Shown piece by piece: positions 1 to 7,663 of a stretch of 26,280 nucleotides of DNA. Within the stretch, counting starts at the first letter, position 1, and each line of letters begins with the position of its first letter. The position numbers were made by a program, and so were the translations under genes. The notes under the pieces were generated by a model. It did not search any database. It was given only the letters and a program-made list of their open reading frames with translations, and had not been told where the DNA came from. Origin of the DNA: a virus (lineage: Duplodnaviria > Caudoviricetes); the IMG/VR virus record IMGVR_UViG_3300020408_000033, positions 1 to 26,280 of that record; one strand, written 5' to 3'.

Positions 1-15
1 CCAAGATTATATCAT

Positions 16-44
16 ATTATAAACTACTCTGTTAATTTTGTCAA
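16..44 (-). promoter_or_regulatory. Consensus sigma70 promoter (TTGACA-N17-TATAAT) pointing leftwards out of the window
   Basis: Reverse complement of 39-44 (tgtcaa) is TTGACA, the spacer 22-38 is 17 nt, and reverse complement of 16-21 (attata) is TATAAT. A second TGnTATAAT extended -10 lies at 14-6 on the minus strand. Confidence 0.85.
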
Positions 45-72
45 CTAAATAATGTATAGGAGATCTAAATAA
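45..72 (+). promoter_or_regulatory. Two T4-late-like TAAATA boxes (CTAAATAA at 45-52 and 65-72) plus Shine-Dalgarno AGGAG (58-62)
   Basis: TAAATA matches the core of the T4 gp55 late promoter TATAAATA and lies directly upstream of the first structural gene. AGGAG is 11 nt before ATG 74. Confidence 0.65.
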
Positions 73-73
73 A

Positions 74-1012
74 ATGTCAACCATTTTCAAAAACGGAATA
101 GTATCAAAAAACGGTGTCAACCAAGGTGTTAACACTCCACCAACCGGCACTAACGCACCAGGGCAAAACGTTGCTTCTGGAAACGTTCCGGATTTTTTAT
201 CGGGCGGATGGAACAAAGCCAAAGACATTGGACAAAAAGTATTCAGCGGAGTAGGTGAAACAGCAGAAAACTTCATGAGCAACCTCCGCGGTAAGAATTT
301 ACCAGGCATGCCAGGCACTGAACTTTCAGCTGATGGTAAAGCGTTTTGGGGTTACGGTGATTTAGAGGATAGAGATTGGCGAGTGTCTTTGAGTATGCCA
401 TCGTCTTTTGAATTAAGTACATTGTTAGAACCTTTGACGCAAACAGGAAATAAAATGGTATTTCCGTATACGCCAACTATTATCTTGAGTCATTCAGCAA
501 ATTATAACCAGATACAACCTATACATAATAATTATCCTTTCTTTGCATACAACAACTCACAAGTGGATCAGCTTGTGATTACAGGACAGTTTTACTGCCA
601 AAATAGTATAGAAGCACAGTATTGGATCAGTTGTTTGCATTATTTGAGAACAGTTACAAAAATGAATTATGGTGTAGATACTTCTGCATCAAAAGGAGCA
701 CCTCCTCCTATTGTAAAATTAAACGGATACGGTGATTATATTTTCAAAGAAGTACCAGTAATAATTACACAGTTTACAGTTGACTTACCAAACGAGGTAG
801 ATTATGTTGCAACAGGTTTTGCAGTGCCGTCGACAGGAGATCCAGAAGCGGGTGGCGCAGGAAGCCAAGCAACTCCTTCAGATGTTACATGGGCACCCAC
901 TGAATCACAATTCACAGTAACTTGCCAACCTGTTTACAGCAGAGACAAAGTACAGAAATTTGATTATAATGCCTTTATCAGAGGCGAAAACCTAAGTGAT
1001 GGATATATCTAA
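74..1012 (+). CDS. Baseplate tail-tube-fold protein (tube initiator/cap, T4 gp48/gp54-like or CIS tube-like), 312 aa
   Basis: Motifs FPYTPTI...YNQIQPIH...ITGQF and PPPIVKLNGYG..IFKEVPVIITQFTVDLP resemble tube-fold baseplate proteins. It has a low-complexity N-terminus and precedes the LysM and hub genes, the usual position in contractile systems. Confidence 0.65.
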   Translation: MSTIFKNGIVSKNGVNQGVNTPPTGTNAPGQNVASGNVPDFLSGGWNKAKDIGQKVFSGVGETAENFMSNLRGKNLPGMPGTELSADGKAFWGYGDLEDRDWRVSLSMPSSFELSTLLEPLTQTGNKMVFPYTPTIILSHSANYNQIQPIHNNYPFFAYNNSQVDQLVITGQFYCQNSIEAQYWISCLHYLRTVTKMNYGVDTSASKGAPPPIVKLNGYGDYIFKEVPVIITQFTVDLPNEVDYVATGFAVPSTGDPEAGGAGSQATPSDVTWAPTESQFTVTCQPVYSRDKVQKFDYNAFIRGENLSDGYI

Positions 1013-1302
1013 TGAGCAGTAGTCCTTATTCAAAAACAAATTTTTCACCAGATGGTACTTTAGGTATTTTGACAATCAGACCTGTACCAGCGTATAGCGA
1101 TGATGCTTTATATACAGTAGAACCACAATATCATCAACGTCCTGATCTGTTAGCTTATGACTTATACAAAGATCAGAAACTATGGTGGATATTTGCACAA
1201 AGGAATCTAGACGTAATGGAAGATCCTATTTACGATTTAACAGCAGGAAAACAAATCTACTTACCACAAGCGGACAAAGTAAAAGAAGAACTAGGAGACT
1301 AA
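1012..1302 (+). CDS. LysM-fold baseplate wedge protein (T4 gp53 / P2 gpX-like), 96 aa
   Basis: YTVEPQYHQRPDLLAYDLYKDQKLWWIFAQRN...DPIYDLTAGKQIYLP fits the RPDxxAYxxY...WWx...N...G..I.LP LysM-like signature. Coupled to the upstream stop by a TAATG overlap. Confidence 0.85.
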   Translation: MSSSPYSKTNFSPDGTLGILTIRPVPAYSDDALYTVEPQYHQRPDLLAYDLYKDQKLWWIFAQRNLDVMEDPIYDLTAGKQIYLPQADKVKEELGD

Positions 1303-1303
1303 C

Positions 1304-4105
1304 ATGGGTTATGTCTACACGGGTTCAGGCAGAAATAGAAAAAAAGTCTTAGACAGCTCCGGAAATCCAGTTAGATCTGGTAAAGTAGAAAAAGAGCCAC
1401 CAGCAAAACAACTTACACCAGAAGAACAAGAAGCAGGACGTCAGCAATGGAATAGTCTTGTAGATGCAGGAGTAATTCCAGGTGGATTACATGTTGGTAA
1501 AGACGGAAGCATCGGCGGTAATACAGTAATCTCAAGTGCAACTGATGTCAAAGAAGGTAGTGCAACAGTTGGCACAGATTACACAGATGCAATTATGAGA
1601 ATTGGACGTGCGGCAAGCACAGCTGGAAAATTACCTCTAACAAATGAATTAGAAAAATTTACTTCAATAAATCATATTTTTAGTTTTGGTTGTTTGTCAA
1701 ACGAAGAACTAAACTTTCCTGACAAAACTTACAGAAGAAATGGTATACAACCAGGACACATGGTTTTACGTTCTGGAGGAACACCTGCAGATTTCAAACC
1801 AAGAACCTATGCAGAACATGTTTATAAAATAGATACAGAATATTTTATTGACGAAGTTGAAATAGGAACATGGATTGCTCCAAATCCTAAAAGTAGGGCA
1901 ACAAACTTTCATACAATTACTTTTAAAGTTACAGAACCATACAGCATGGGACAACTTTTACAAACAATGCAAATTTGTTCTAAGAATGCTGGACATTTGA
2001 ACTATTTGGAAGCACCTTGGGTTTTAATACTTGAAACAAAAGGATATAATGATAGTCAAAACTTAATAACTGGTCCTAAAAGAATTTTTCCTTTAAAAGT
2101 TGTAAGTGTGCAATTTAATGTTACACAAGATGGTGCCATTTATGATTTTGTTTGCAGTGCGTTTAATGACGAAGCATACACTGATCAAGCACAGTCAATA
2201 CCAATGGACGTATCTATTTCAGGTAGAACTGTTGAAGAATGTTTGCAGTCAGGATTAAACAGTTTAACATCTGCTCTTAACACTAATTTATTAAAAATTC
2301 TCAGTGAATCAAAGAATCCAAAAATTGACACTGATGAATACATGATTATATTTCCAAAAGAAATAGCAAGTTCTGGTTTTTCTGATCAGTTTGGATTAGT
2401 TGACAGCAGTGCTTTGTCAGGAGATATGGCAAAGAAAGAATTCACTGACGAAGACATCAAAGGTGCTTTTGAATCAGCTGACTCTAATAACGCTGGTGTA
2501 GGGTATGTTGAAGCTGGACCACCAGGAACAACCACTAAGAGAAGTTTTGTTGAAAATAGATTAGGTTACAGTATAAAAAGATCAAACCTTAGTGAAGCAT
2601 TAAAGAAAAAGTTTACTGGCATAGGTGGAGAAGTAAATGACATTGGTGCAGGAAAATTTTTAACAGCAGATCCGTTAAGTTCAGGAAACATGAACTTTGG
2701 TTTATCTCAGTTTGCTTACAACAAAGATTCTAACATTTTAGAGAGAAAAGGAGTAACAGTAGACACCTCTCAAAGAACTATTCAATTTCGTGCTGGAACA
2801 AAAATACAAAAAATAATAGAAGAGATTATTTTATTAAGTGATTTTGGAAATAAGATTACGGAAGAAGGAGTAGCCGCTAAGAATGGATTGATACGTTGGT
2901 TTAGAATACAATCAAATGTATATCAATTAGATAGTAAAGATTATGAATCAATTAACGGTAGGTCTCCAAGAATATATGTCTATAGAGTTATACCTTATGA
3001 TGTTTCTAAATCAGTATTTCAAATGCCCAACGATCCACCTCCGGGTTATGCTGAACTAGAAGCACAAGCTGTGAAACATTACAATTACATGTATACAGGA
3101 CTAAACAAAGACATTCTTGAATTTGACATACAATTTAATAATGCATTCTATTCGTCAATTAGCAGTGTGAACAATGCCGCCAATACTAAGGACTCTGAAA
3201 AAGGTAAAGCAACACCAAATGCGGAGTTTGCAAGTTCTGGCGAATCTGCACATCCTTTCAGCACAGGACAAAAAGCGGCCCATGATAATAATCCACCTCC
3301 ATCTGAAGCACCAGGAAGTGTGGAAGAAAAAGCCGCTTTAAAAATTGCTAGACAATTCAATGAAGCAGTAATGAATAGTGATGCTGACTTGATCACTGCA
3401 AGAATGACCATAATGGGAGATCCTTATTATATTGCAGATAGTGGTGTAGGAAATTTTAACAGTGAAGCAACAGCATATTTAAACTTGAACGCAGACGGTT
3501 CGATGAACCATAGTAACAGTCAGGTTGATGTTTTGATTAATTTTAAAACACCTTTAGACATCAATGCAGAAACAGGACCGCAGTTTTCCGGTAGTGCTAT
3601 CGGAGTTAAAGACTTCAGTGGATTGTATCAGGTAATTAGTGTTAATAATAGTTTTAGACAAAATGAATTTACACAAGAATTAGAATTGGTAAGACGTAAG
3701 AATTATCAAATGAAAGATGCAGAAGTATTAATTGTTGAAAATCAGCAAGTGCTTAAAAAGAAATATGATGCCGCTGTAGCAGATGCTAAAGAAAACGGCG
3801 ACAAATACGATATTGCTTTTGCTCTTGCAGACAAAGATGCAGATGGAAGGCTTACTGTTGCAGAACTTAGAGATTTTGAAACAGCAGTTGGTGCTGACAG
3901 TGAAGAATTTAAAAATGCAAAAATTAAAGCACAAGGTAAGGCAGATGAAGCCAGAGAAGCAGATGCAAAAGCATTACAGGCTAAACAAGATCAACAGTTA
4001 AAAGACTTTAGAAACATAGAAGCATCTTATGGAGCAGGTTCTTTAAACAATAACGCTGTTGACCTACCAGGTGATGACGGCGACTACGGTCCAGGACCGC
4101 AATAA
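1304..4105 (+). CDS. Baseplate hub protein (T4 gp27 / P2 gpD / VgrG N-terminal-like), 933 aa, with C-terminal EF-hand extension
   Basis: C-terminal hub-type motifs ARMTIMGDPYYI and SGLYQVISVNNSF..NEFTQELELVR; N-terminal YFIDEVEI and FKVTEPYS. Located between the LysM gene and the spike. SD AGGAG at 1293-1297. Confidence 0.7.
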   Translation: MGYVYTGSGRNRKKVLDSSGNPVRSGKVEKEPPAKQLTPEEQEAGRQQWNSLVDAGVIPGGLHVGKDGSIGGNTVISSATDVKEGSATVGTDYTDAIMRIGRAASTAGKLPLTNELEKFTSINHIFSFGCLSNEELNFPDKTYRRNGIQPGHMVLRSGGTPADFKPRTYAEHVYKIDTEYFIDEVEIGTWIAPNPKSRATNFHTITFKVTEPYSMGQLLQTMQICSKNAGHLNYLEAPWVLILETKGYNDSQNLITGPKRIFPLKVVSVQFNVTQDGAIYDFVCSAFNDEAYTDQAQSIPMDVSISGRTVEECLQSGLNSLTSALNTNLLKILSESKNPKIDTDEYMIIFPKEIASSGFSDQFGLVDSSALSGDMAKKEFTDEDIKGAFESADSNNAGVGYVEAGPPGTTTKRSFVENRLGYSIKRSNLSEALKKKFTGIGGEVNDIGAGKFLTADPLSSGNMNFGLSQFAYNKDSNILERKGVTVDTSQRTIQFRAGTKIQKIIEEIILLSDFGNKITEEGVAAKNGLIRWFRIQSNVYQLDSKDYESINGRSPRIYVYRVIPYDVSKSVFQMPNDPPPGYAELEAQAVKHYNYMYTGLNKDILEFDIQFNNAFYSSISSVNNAANTKDSEKGKATPNAEFASSGESAHPFSTGQKAAHDNNPPPSEAPGSVEEKAALKIARQFNEAVMNSDADLITARMTIMGDPYYIADSGVGNFNSEATAYLNLNADGSMNHSNSQVDVLINFKTPLDINAETGPQFSGSAIGVKDFSGLYQVISVNNSFRQNEFTQELELVRRKNYQMKDAEVLIVENQQVLKKKYDAAVADAKENGDKYDIAFALADKDADGRLTVAELRDFETAVGADSEEFKNAKIKAQGKADEAREADAKALQAKQDQQLKDFRNIEASYGAGSLNNNAVDLPGDDGDYGPGPQ

Positions 4106-4115
4106 GGAATAAAAA

Positions 4116-6860
4116 ATGGCAATGCATAAAAGAACAGTAGGAGCACCAAAAAGAACAATGCCTCCTGGCCCATTTGTTGCAAGAGTCATTAGCCATTTAG
4201 ATCCTAGAAGAGGTGGAGCGTTAAGAGTTGAACTGCTTACAAATGTTACTGAAGGAATAAAGGATCTTGAACCAGGGCAGTTATTTACTGCTAGATATTG
4301 TTCTCCTTTCTACGGAGTTACAAGTATTGATTCTAACACAAAGAATTTAGAATATAATGCAAGTCAACAAAGTTATGGGTTTTGGGCTGTACCACCTGAT
4401 CCCGGAACAAAAGTTTTAGTCATATTTGCAGAAGGACAATCCAGCCAGTGTTATTGGATTGGTTGTGTGCAAGATGAATTTATGAATTACATGGTTCCAC
4501 AAGGTCAACCTGTAGACAAGCCAGAAAACATTTTGCAAGAACCTGTGCCTAAAGATTACAAAGATAAAAAATTACCAGTAGGCGAATATAATAAGAAAAG
4601 AAATGATCTTCGCGGAGAAGATCCAGATAAGTTTATGAAGCCACATAATCCTATGTTCACATCTGTGCTTGCAGGACAAGGATTATTAGACGATATTCAC
4701 AGAGGACAATCTACTTCAAGTGCTAGAAGAGATATACCTAATACTGTTTATGGATGGAACACACCTGGACCGTTAGATCAAAGGGACGGAGCACCTAAAG
4801 GAACCTATGGTGAAAAGGGACAAGCAATACAATATTGGAGAAGTAGGCTTGGCGGCAGTTCATTTGTAATGGATGACGGCGCATCAGCAATATATAGAAT
4901 GGGTATAGCAAAAGAAAATCCTTCTGTATACTACGATATTGAAAATACACCTAGCAATGTGTCAAAGGTAGATAAAACTTTACCTTACAATGAATCAATA
5001 AGACTTAGAACAAGAACAGGACACCAAATACTTTTACATAATAGTGAAGACTTAATTTACATAGGAAACGCAAAAGGAAGTGCTTGGGTAGAATTAACAG
5101 CAAATGGAAAAATAGATATCTATGCTCAAGACAGTATTAACATTAGGACTGAAACTGATCTTAATATAAAAGCTGACAGAGATATTAATATTGAATCAGG
5201 AAAAGACATTAACATAACAGCTGGTAGAAATTATAAATTGATGGTCAATAATGATAGAGATGTCAAAACTAATAAAAATGAAACTACATTTGTTGGTAAA
5301 GACAAAAATGACTTTATTGGTGATAATAGATTAGTGATGGTAGGTGGCAACGAAGACAAGCAGGTTAAAGGCACACAAAGCAATACAATAAGCGGAGACT
5401 ACAACTTACAAGTAAGTCAAGATGGACACATTGCTATTAATGCTAATTTCCATAGCAAAATAGTAGGAGACTATCGACAAACTGTAAATGGTGCATTTAA
5501 TCTTAACACTGTTGGCGATAATAAATTCACAAGTGGAGCAAACACACAAATTAAAAGTGCATCTGCAAATAAACTAGATGCAGGAACAATTACAAGCATT
5601 TTAAGTGTCGGTACTCATTCAGAAACAGCATCACAGATTCATATGAACAGTTCTGTTCCTGCTACAGCGGCAGACACAGCAGACGCTATTGGAGATACGT
5701 TTACAAAACCAGCAACGGATGAATCAGTTGATGACAGTGATCAAATTTTAGATAAAGACGGAAATCCTATTGATGGATTAAAAGTTACGCAAGATGCCGC
5801 AAGAGCAAGCGAAGCAAAAACAGCATTACGTCCAAGACGTATTCCGAAACACGAGCCATGGACAGGACATGAAAACATCAATCCAGGAGGACACACAGCA
5901 AGCAATACAGCAAGCATTGAAGCACCTTCTCCTGAAGTAAGAACACAAACTCCGTTGTTGGACAAAGATAGTGACATACCTGACTATTCAGAAACTTCAG
6001 GTATTTACAGAGCTCAGGATCCTTATGTTACAAACGCAGACGGACAAAGAGTAAGAGAAGAATTTAATATTGATAAAGTTTCCAATAAAAACACTGACAA
6101 TTTGTCAGGAAATAAACCTGCAGATCCTGTACCAGTAAATGAAATGCAAGAATACATGTTAGGTGAACTTATTAAAGGTTTAGGTTTACCCGCCGCAACA
6201 TGTTTGAATTCAGCCAATCCTGCAGATTTAGCACCAGGCGAAGTACCAGGAAACGCACAAGCACTTGCTATGGCACTTGCACAAGTTCAAAAAGAATGTA
6301 ACTTTGAACCAAGATCAGAAAACATGAATTATAGAGTGTCAACATTGCAACGTGTGTGGCCAAACAGGTTTGGTGGTGCTCAAGGAAAACGTAAAGCTGA
6401 AGCACTTGTAAACGCAGGTCCTCCTGCTATTGCAAATTCGGTTTACGGAAATAGAATGGGTAACGGTGGACCAGAAACAGGTGATGGATTTAGATATAGA
6501 GGAAGAGGACTAATACAAATCACAGGAACAGACAACTACAAAAAATATGGCGGACTTGCTGGTGTTGACATTTACAATAATGCAGACATGGCGAACGATC
6601 CAGAAGTTGCAACAAAGATAGCTGTAGCATATTTAAAAAGCAAAAGTGTAACTTGGACAAGTTTTAATTTTAGCAGTTTAGGAAGTGAATTTAAACGTGC
6701 AGTTGGATATGCAGACTCTGGAGGGTCTAATACCAACGACAGAATAGGTTTAGGAAAAGGTTTTTACCAAAGGATTGTAGGCGGAGAATTGAAACCTCGT
6801 GCAAGTCTTTCAACAACGACACCGATTGATGTTGGTGCAGGATCATCGCAGGTACAATAA
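4116..6860 (+). CDS. gp5: Baseplate central spike (gp5/VgrG-like): OB-fold, beta-helix repeats, C-terminal GH19 lysozyme/chitinase-like domain, 914 aa
   Basis: OB-fold motifs ARVISHLDP..GALRV and GFWAVPPDPGTKVLVIFAEG...YWIG. About 22 octapeptide repeats (residues 332-511) end in QIHMN. GH19 motifs AQVQKEC..SENMNY, IANSVYGNRMGN and GDGFRYRGRGLIQITG.DNY. SD AAGGA at 4104-4108. Confidence 0.9.
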   Translation: MAMHKRTVGAPKRTMPPGPFVARVISHLDPRRGGALRVELLTNVTEGIKDLEPGQLFTARYCSPFYGVTSIDSNTKNLEYNASQQSYGFWAVPPDPGTKVLVIFAEGQSSQCYWIGCVQDEFMNYMVPQGQPVDKPENILQEPVPKDYKDKKLPVGEYNKKRNDLRGEDPDKFMKPHNPMFTSVLAGQGLLDDIHRGQSTSSARRDIPNTVYGWNTPGPLDQRDGAPKGTYGEKGQAIQYWRSRLGGSSFVMDDGASAIYRMGIAKENPSVYYDIENTPSNVSKVDKTLPYNESIRLRTRTGHQILLHNSEDLIYIGNAKGSAWVELTANGKIDIYAQDSINIRTETDLNIKADRDINIESGKDINITAGRNYKLMVNNDRDVKTNKNETTFVGKDKNDFIGDNRLVMVGGNEDKQVKGTQSNTISGDYNLQVSQDGHIAINANFHSKIVGDYRQTVNGAFNLNTVGDNKFTSGANTQIKSASANKLDAGTITSILSVGTHSETASQIHMNSSVPATAADTADAIGDTFTKPATDESVDDSDQILDKDGNPIDGLKVTQDAARASEAKTALRPRRIPKHEPWTGHENINPGGHTASNTASIEAPSPEVRTQTPLLDKDSDIPDYSETSGIYRAQDPYVTNADGQRVREEFNIDKVSNKNTDNLSGNKPADPVPVNEMQEYMLGELIKGLGLPAATCLNSANPADLAPGEVPGNAQALAMALAQVQKECNFEPRSENMNYRVSTLQRVWPNRFGGAQGKRKAEALVNAGPPAIANSVYGNRMGNGGPETGDGFRYRGRGLIQITGTDNYKKYGGLAGVDIYNNADMANDPEVATKIAVAYLKSKSVTWTSFNFSSLGSEFKRAVGYADSGGSNTNDRIGLGKGFYQRIVGGELKPRASLSTTTPIDVGAGSSQVQ

Positions 6861-7147
6861 TGCCAGGACTACATACAAATAATCATACAAGAACTTGCGG
6901 AGCAAAAACAGTAGTAACCGGGCAGTCAACTGTCTATGCTGAATCACAACTTGTTGCAGTAAATGGTGATAATAACAGCCATGGATCGGGAAGTTTAATA
7001 GCAGGATCAAATCAGGTATTTGCTAATGGGATAGCGGTGGTTAATAACACACCGGATTCAGCTAATGCTGATGACCTTTGCGATGGAAATAGTCATTGTA
7101 GTCCAAACACATCTCAAGGGTGTACTACTGTATTTGTTGGAGATTAA
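6860..7147 (+). CDS. PAAR-like spike tip protein (T4 gp5.4-like), 95 aa
   Basis: Three pseudo-repeats ending GQSTVYAE, GSNQVFANG and GCTTVFVGD, with candidate metal ligands C13, H41, C74 and H79/C80. Directly follows the spike with a TAATG overlap. Confidence 0.85.
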   Translation: MPGLHTNNHTRTCGAKTVVTGQSTVYAESQLVAVNGDNNSHGSGSLIAGSNQVFANGIAVVNNTPDSANADDLCDGNSHCSPNTSQGCTTVFVGD

Positions 7148-7154
7148 CATTAGG

Positions 7155-7160
7155 TAAATA
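7155..7160 (+). promoter_or_regulatory. T4-late-like TAAATA box before gp25
   Basis: GGTAAATA in the 18-nt gap, 5 nt before ATG 7166. Confidence 0.55.
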
Positions 7161-7165
7161 TTATT

Positions 7166-7600
7166 ATGGCACAGAATCTTTATAAAGAACTATCAATAAA
7201 ACCACAAAGGAAACCTGAGCCTCCTATTAAGCAAAAGTCTTATAGAGGATTCAGCACGGTTAATCCTGAGAACACAAGTTTTCAGCAGTATGATCTTTCT
7301 TTAATAAAACAAGATTTGTTGAATCATTTTAACATAAGACAGGGCGAAAAAGTAGGAGATCCTACGTTTGGATGCATCATATGGGACGCTTTATATGAGC
7401 CACTTACGTTAGAACTCAAAGAAGCAATTACAAGAAACGTTACAAATATTGTTAATTTCGATCCAAGAACAAGGGCAAGTGCAGTAAGTGTGACTGAATT
7501 TGAGAAAGGTTTACAAATCGAGTGTACCTTAACTTATCTCACGTACAACATCAGCGAAAATCTAAGATTACAGTTCGACAAAGATGTTGGACTACTGTGA
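7166..7600 (+). CDS. gp25: Baseplate wedge / sheath initiator, gp25 (GPW_gp25/TssE) family, 144 aa
   Basis: YRGFST...DLSLIKQDLLNHFNIRQGEKVGDPTFGCIIWDALYEP...IVNFDPR matches the gp25 signature (GE+..P.FG...L+EP...PR). Confidence 0.92.
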   Translation: MAQNLYKELSIKPQRKPEPPIKQKSYRGFSTVNPENTSFQQYDLSLIKQDLLNHFNIRQGEKVGDPTFGCIIWDALYEPLTLELKEAITRNVTNIVNFDPRTRASAVSVTEFEKGLQIECTLTYLTYNISENLRLQFDKDVGLL

Positions 7601-7622
7601 TAGAATTAACCGCACACTTAAT

Positions 7623-7657
7623 TAAATATCATAAATACTGTAAGTTAAGATAAAGGA
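7623..7657 (+). promoter_or_regulatory. Tandem TAAATA late-promoter boxes (7623-7628, 7632-7637) and SD AAGGA (7653-7657)
   Basis: TTAAATA and CATAAATAC in the 63-nt gap before gp6; the second differs from TATAAATA by one base. Confidence 0.65.
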
Positions 7658-7663
7658 TTACAA

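Noticed and set aside
7-476. Minus-strand ORFs 7..318 and 273..476
   Set aside because: Antisense shadows of the 312-aa gene with no recognisable motifs; the first runs through the sigma70 promoter elements.
7601-7663. Rho-independent terminator or small RNA in the largest internal gap
   Set aside because: No GC-rich hairpin with a U-tract; only an AT palindrome (TTAATTAA), promoter-like boxes and an SD.
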